Assembly: GCA_963816705.1 (NCBI GenBank)
Contig: CAWFLZ010000010.1
Location: 153,157-217,156, forward strand
Source: an uncultured Acidobacteriaceae bacterium
GTDB taxonomy: Bacteria; Acidobacteriota; Terriglobia; Terriglobales; Acidobacteriaceae
Reading direction: 5' to 3'
DNA length: 64,000 bases
Made by a program: the position numbers and the translations under genes. Below, in pieces: positions 60,237 to 64,000 of the stretch; within the stretch, counting starts at the first letter, position 1, and each line of letters begins with the position of its first letter. Under the pieces are notes generated by a model. It ran no database searches, had not been told where the DNA came from, and saw nothing but the letters and a program-made list of their open reading frames with translations.

Positions 60237-61504
60237 CTAGTTCACATGCGTTGTGTAGATATGGCCGTTAAATGATGCGTCGTAGCCTGCGCACCAGATC
60301 TGGTGGCCGGGTTTGACCGTCCTCTCAGCGCAGGCGTCCATCTCGGATCCGGTGTTCACGTCGAGCGACCAGGTGTTCCCGCCGTCATTTGAGAAGTAGA
60401 TCCCGCCCACGCCGGTGTAGATGTTGCCGCCGGCGGCCCAGCCCGTTTTCCGGTTCAGGAATAGAACTTCGCGGATTGGCCACGGGCCGTCGAGAGTGCG
60501 TCCGCTCCAGGTTGCTCCGCCGTCGGTCGTTGTGTGGACCCAGCCTTCTACGTTGGGCGAAATCTCGCCGCCGGCGACCCAGCCGTCTTTATCATTGTTG
60601 AGGAAGAAGACCTCGCCGTCGAAGACCGAGTCGACGCTCGGGACTGCAACTCCACGCTGCGCCAGCGGTCGTGCTGCTGCAGAAGTCCACGCCGCTCGCG
60701 CGGGCATGCGAATTTTTCAGCAAGCTGAACTCCAGGCCAAACCAGCCGCCGTCGGTATCGTCGACCACCGTGCTCCAATCGGTCGCTGCGGCGTCCGCCA
60801 TCGGCGGTGTACTGCGCTGTGTTTTCCGCGCCGTTGATCAGATCCAGGATTAAGCCGTTCTTTTTCAAAAAGCGGACGCGCTGTACCCAACCGGTGTTGG
60901 TTAAGACGATGTCACTGCCCCACGTCTGGCCGCCATCGTGGCTCCAGCGAATGAAGCCATAGAAGGTTGACGAGTCGTAGAAGCCGGAGGCCACTATGTT
61001 TTTCGCGTTGATCGCGTCCACGCCATAAAAATAGTAGGGATAGCCCAGGTTCAGCGCCTCCGTCCACTTCGCACCGCCGTTGGTCGTCTTCCAGATCTGG
61101 CCGCCTTCCGCGACGGCGTAACCGACAAGCGCGCTTGAGAATGAAATGTCGTGGATCACCGCGCCCGGAATCGTGGCCTGCAACGTCCAGGTGTTGCCGT
61201 TGGGCTGCGTATGCACTTGCGGCATTGGAGTAGGCGCGACATAGGGCCGGTCGGCGGAGAGCTCGGTGCTCGCACCCTGGACCGGGACCGTTCCCGAGAC
61301 GTGGTGGACCTTGCCGGGAACGGTGGCCGAATTCTGCGCGATTGCCTGGAGGGAGACGCACACGGCTAAGAGAAGAATGAAAACAGACACGCGAAGAACG
61401 TTCACGGAAGACCTCCTGGGTGAGGGTGCCGGCGAAGGAAATTCGTTGCTAGCCAGCCTGAAGCGGAGTCTAGCATGGCATAGTAGGCGCGGCAATCGCG
61501 GCAC
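60237..61504 (-). pseudogene. Ycf48-like / BNR-repeat photosystem-II-stability-factor-like beta-propeller protein, two frameshifts
   Basis: ORFs 60548..61504, 60592..60801 and 60237..60707 read consecutively as one propeller (...GGQIWKTTNGGAKW..., ...SHDGGQTWG..., ...TDGGATWS..., ...SNDGGNTWS...) across three frames. Confidence 0.7.
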
Positions 61505-61531
61505 CCGGCGAGCGGTTTGGGCAGTTCGAGA

Positions 61532-62394
61532 TTAGGCGCTCATGGATCGCAGCGCTGTCAGGTACCGTTGCAGGGCATCCTGCCAGGGGGGCATCTGAAT
61601 TCCGAGGTCATGCAAGCTTGCGGGCGAAAGGACCGAGTAGGCTGGGCCGTTTTGCCGGTCGCGGGAAGTCGGCGGTAGTTACCGGTTTAACCGTAGCGGG
61701 CAGCCCGGACATGCGCACGATTTCCTCTTGCGAACTCATACCAGGTGCAGTCGCCGGAATTCGTTGCATGGACGATGCCACGCGCCCCTTGTTTGCAGAG
61801 TTGCGCGATCGTAGAGGCCAGGTCGCGCGCGAAGGTCGGCGAGCCGTATTGATCGTTTACTACCGAAAGCTGCGGCATGGCATTCTCTGCTTTTGGCGCG
61901 GCTAGTTTCAATATTGTGGCCGGGAAACATTTTCCACCGGGGCCGAATAGCCAGGAGGTTCGCACGATGCAAACGTCCGGCAGAATTCTGAGGAGTTGCT
62001 CTTCGGCGCGCGCTTTAGTTTCGCCATAAACATTGATGGGATGGCGGGTATCCCCGATTTCGTACGGCGATCCCTTTGCGCCGTCGAAGACGTAGTCCGA
62101 ACTTAGGAATAGCAACCGGGCGCTTGCGGCCCGCGCCGCAGACGCGACATTGACCGCGCCCTGGTGGTTGACGGCGAATGCCAGCTCACGATTCGTTTCG
62201 CAACCATCTACATCGGTGTAAGCCGCGGCGAGAATGACCCAGTCTGGGCGGGAATCGCGGATTACCTGCTCACGCGCGCCTGATCGCGTATGTCGGTGTC
62301 GCGGGAAGAGAGCGCGGTGAGTTGCTCCTCGCTCAAGGCCTGCACGAGTTCCTGACCGAGCAGTCCTGAAGCCCCGAATAGCGTGATGCGCATA
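61532..62394 (-). pseudogene. rfbD: dTDP-4-dehydrorhamnose reductase RmlD/RfbD, three or more 1-bp indels
   Basis: True N-terminus MRITLFGASGLLGQELVQALSEE... (start 62392..62394). There is a shift near 62278 before ...VIRDSRPDWVILAAAYTDVDGCE. The central part is intact in ORF 61687..62457 (YGETKARAE, the catalytic YxxxK). The C-terminus is broken again near 61745 and 61640 (...WYEFAREIVRMSGLPATVKPVTTADFP...). Confidence 0.85.
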
Positions 62395-62465
62395 GCGGCA
62401 TTGTAGCCGGGATCGGCTGATTACTAATGGCGACGCGGACTCTCTTGGCGCGCGCAAAAATCGTT

Positions 62466-62497
62466 ACCACAGAGGACACAGAGGAGAACACGGAGGA
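62466..62497. repeat. CACAGAG/CACGGAG-type short repeat element copy
   Basis: ccacagaggacacagaggagaacacggaggag. Related to 13749..13780 and to the reverse complement of 45099..45140. Confidence 0.45.
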
Positions 62498-62500
62498 GAT

Positions 62501-62916
62501 TCACTCGGAGGGATTCTGGGCATTCCGAGGAGCTTGCCGCCGGAGCGCGTGCAGAATGAGCGTGCCGCTGATTCCGAAACATCCCACGGCGCCGAATGCC
62601 ATGGCATCCAGCAGGGGGCGCGTCAGGTGCAGGTAGTCTCCCATCAATGATGTCGCGGCGAATAGCACGCCGAGAATGTTCAACCATAGAGGAGATCGAA
62701 CTTCCGGCAGGTCCCGGCGAAATCGAAGCTGAAGCAAGAGTGCGGCGAGGCCGATCGCCGAGACACACCACGAGCGCGATTGGGCTGAGAAAAGCGCTTG
62801 GGCGCGTGTAGATCACCACCAGCGCGAGCGCGAGGACCAGCAGGCCGGAAGCGATCACGGTCCATCGGCGCGTCGCGCTCGAACTCGGTTACCGGGTGAT
62901 CACCCTGCGTCGACAT
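62501..62916 (-). pseudogene. Small membrane protein (DUF202/YidH-like?), fragmented over three frames
   Basis: ORFs 62680..62916 (MSTQGDHPVTEFERDAPMDRDRF), 62424..62858 (TM IASGLLVLALALVVIY) and 62501..62737 (two further TMs) look like one ORF of about 140 aa broken by indels. The call is weak. Confidence 0.3.
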
Positions 62917-62965
62917 GCTGCCATTGTATCCTCGGCAGGCTCAGCCTCGGCAGAATGGAAACGTC

Positions 62966-63733
62966 TCACGCGCTGGTCGGCATCCATTCCGCGGGCCGGT
63001 TCTCGCCGTGCGACATGGCATAGAGGACCAACTCCACGCGGCTTGAAATTCCCACCTTGTCGAAAATTCGCAGCAGATATTTCTTGATGGTGTGTTCGCT
63101 CAGTCCGAGTTCGACCGCGACTTCACGATTGCTCAGCCCGTCGGAGACGAGCGCAACCACCTGTTCTTCACGCGGCGTCAAGAGTGCTCTTCCGGTTGAA
63201 TTCACCACGCGCAGAGTCGGCACCACCGAGAGCGCGTCCATCACGTAGTGCATTTGCTGGTTGTTGATCCAGATCTCTCCCTGAAAAACGGAGTGGATGC
63301 ATTTGCAGAGCATATGAAAAGGATCATGCATGAAGAGAAAAATTCCCTTGGCGCCCACGCGCAGGGCATTGACGACCAGTTCGCGGTCGTCATTTTCGGC
63401 GAGCAGCACGGGGGCGACCTTGGGATGCGCGATCCGCAACCAGCGCAGCAGTCCCCAATCCGGCAGCTGGCTACCGGCGATCAGGACCACGTCGGCGGGA
63501 TTGGAGTGCAGAAAATCGTCCAGCGCGGATAGATTCAGCGCGACCGGCGATACATGAAATTCCCGCCGAGCACGCAACGCACGGGTGAGCAACTGCGATT
63601 GCAGCGGACCGGAATCGGCGACCAGTACATGCACCATCGAGCCTTTCGCAGGTTGGAATATGGGCTGTTCTTGGACGGAGTGGTTAGGTGGGATGACGCG
63701 TGCTCTCACAAGGCTGGATTTCATAGTGCCCAT
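62966..63733 (-). CDS. LuxR/FixJ-family response regulator (receiver-like domain plus LuxR HTH)
   Basis: 255 aa. The C-terminal part, LTPREEQVVALVSDGLSNREVAVELGLSEHTIKKYLLRIFDKVGISSRVELV, is the GerE/LuxR HTH. The N-terminus is receiver-like. Confidence 0.8.
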   Translation of the reverse strand: MGTMKSSLVRARVIPPNHSVQEQPIFQPAKGSMVHVLVADSGPLQSQLLTRALRARREFHVSPVALNLSALDDFLHSNPADVVLIAGSQLPDWGLLRWLRIAHPKVAPVLLAENDDRELVVNALRVGAKGIFLFMHDPFHMLCKCIHSVFQGEIWINNQQMHYVMDALSVVPTLRVVNSTGRALLTPREEQVVALVSDGLSNREVAVELGLSEHTIKKYLLRIFDKVGISSRVELVLYAMSHGENRPAEWMPTSA

Positions 63734-64000
63734 GATGCACGAAAGCGTAGGGACCGGATGTAGGCGCGATCACACCAAATTGGTGATGAATCGGATGTGC
63801 TCTTGCTACCTTCGTAGACCTCCTCTTGTGCACCGGGATCGGGGCAGCACGGTCGGAAAGCATCTTCGCAAACGCCCGGGAAGACCCGCCTGACGGCCCA
63901 TCTCGCGATTTCGTCACATAATCGTTGCGTCGTTTTTCACCCTCCACATCGGTAGGCAATACTTTGCAAGTCTTGTTCTCCTTCGGAGCTGACGATACTT

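Noticed and set aside
63684-63959. 91-aa minus-strand ORF at the window end
   Set aside because: No domain, low-complexity composition and no RBS. It is likely a non-coding upstream region of the LuxR-family regulator.
1-64000. CRISPR arrays, rRNA genes, intact tRNA genes, transposases, integrases, reverse transcriptases
   Set aside because: No regularly spaced direct repeats with unique spacers, no rRNA-like conserved blocks, and no DDE, tyrosine-recombinase or YADD motifs were found in any ORF translation.

Overview
This is a high-GC (~60%) bacterial chromosomal segment; the gene content and the abundance of SBBP/BNR beta-propeller proteins suggest Acidobacteria. Genes lie mostly on the minus strand: recJ, sucA, a phoB-phoR/phoU cluster, dnaK and dnaJ (no grpE between them) with a remote hspR, cdsA-uppS-htrA, rmuC, pspA, an NfeD-flotillin pair, a ccmEABCD heme-export operon, an NCS1 transporter/beta-ureidopropionase-like/nucleoside hydrolase cluster, tatA, tsaD, cca and rmlD. 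There are four type II toxin-antitoxin modules (mazEF, vapBC, higBA, and a RelE/HigB-like pair with an XRE antitoxin). No rRNA, tRNA, CRISPR array or transposase was recognised by eye. The most striking thing is that at least 15 otherwise well-conserved genes, including essential ones (tsaD, uppS, sucA), are broken by 1-2 bp indels, one in-frame TAG and one 20-bp tandem duplication, while their out-of-frame segments still read as genuine protein. That pattern points to sequencing or assembly error (or deliberate perturbation) rather than ordinary pseudogenisation, and it needs checking against reads. Other points worth a second look: a TA islet flanked by about 115-bp direct repeats that are 3' fragments of a DinB-family gene, next to an AT-rich junction; two families of short dispersed intergenic repeats (ATCCGCG x3 ... 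GAAGTTAAGC, and CACAGAG-type); very long perfect hairpins between convergent genes; a HAIR-like HspR operator upstream of dnaK; and a 750-bp non-coding region with a terminator-like hairpin.
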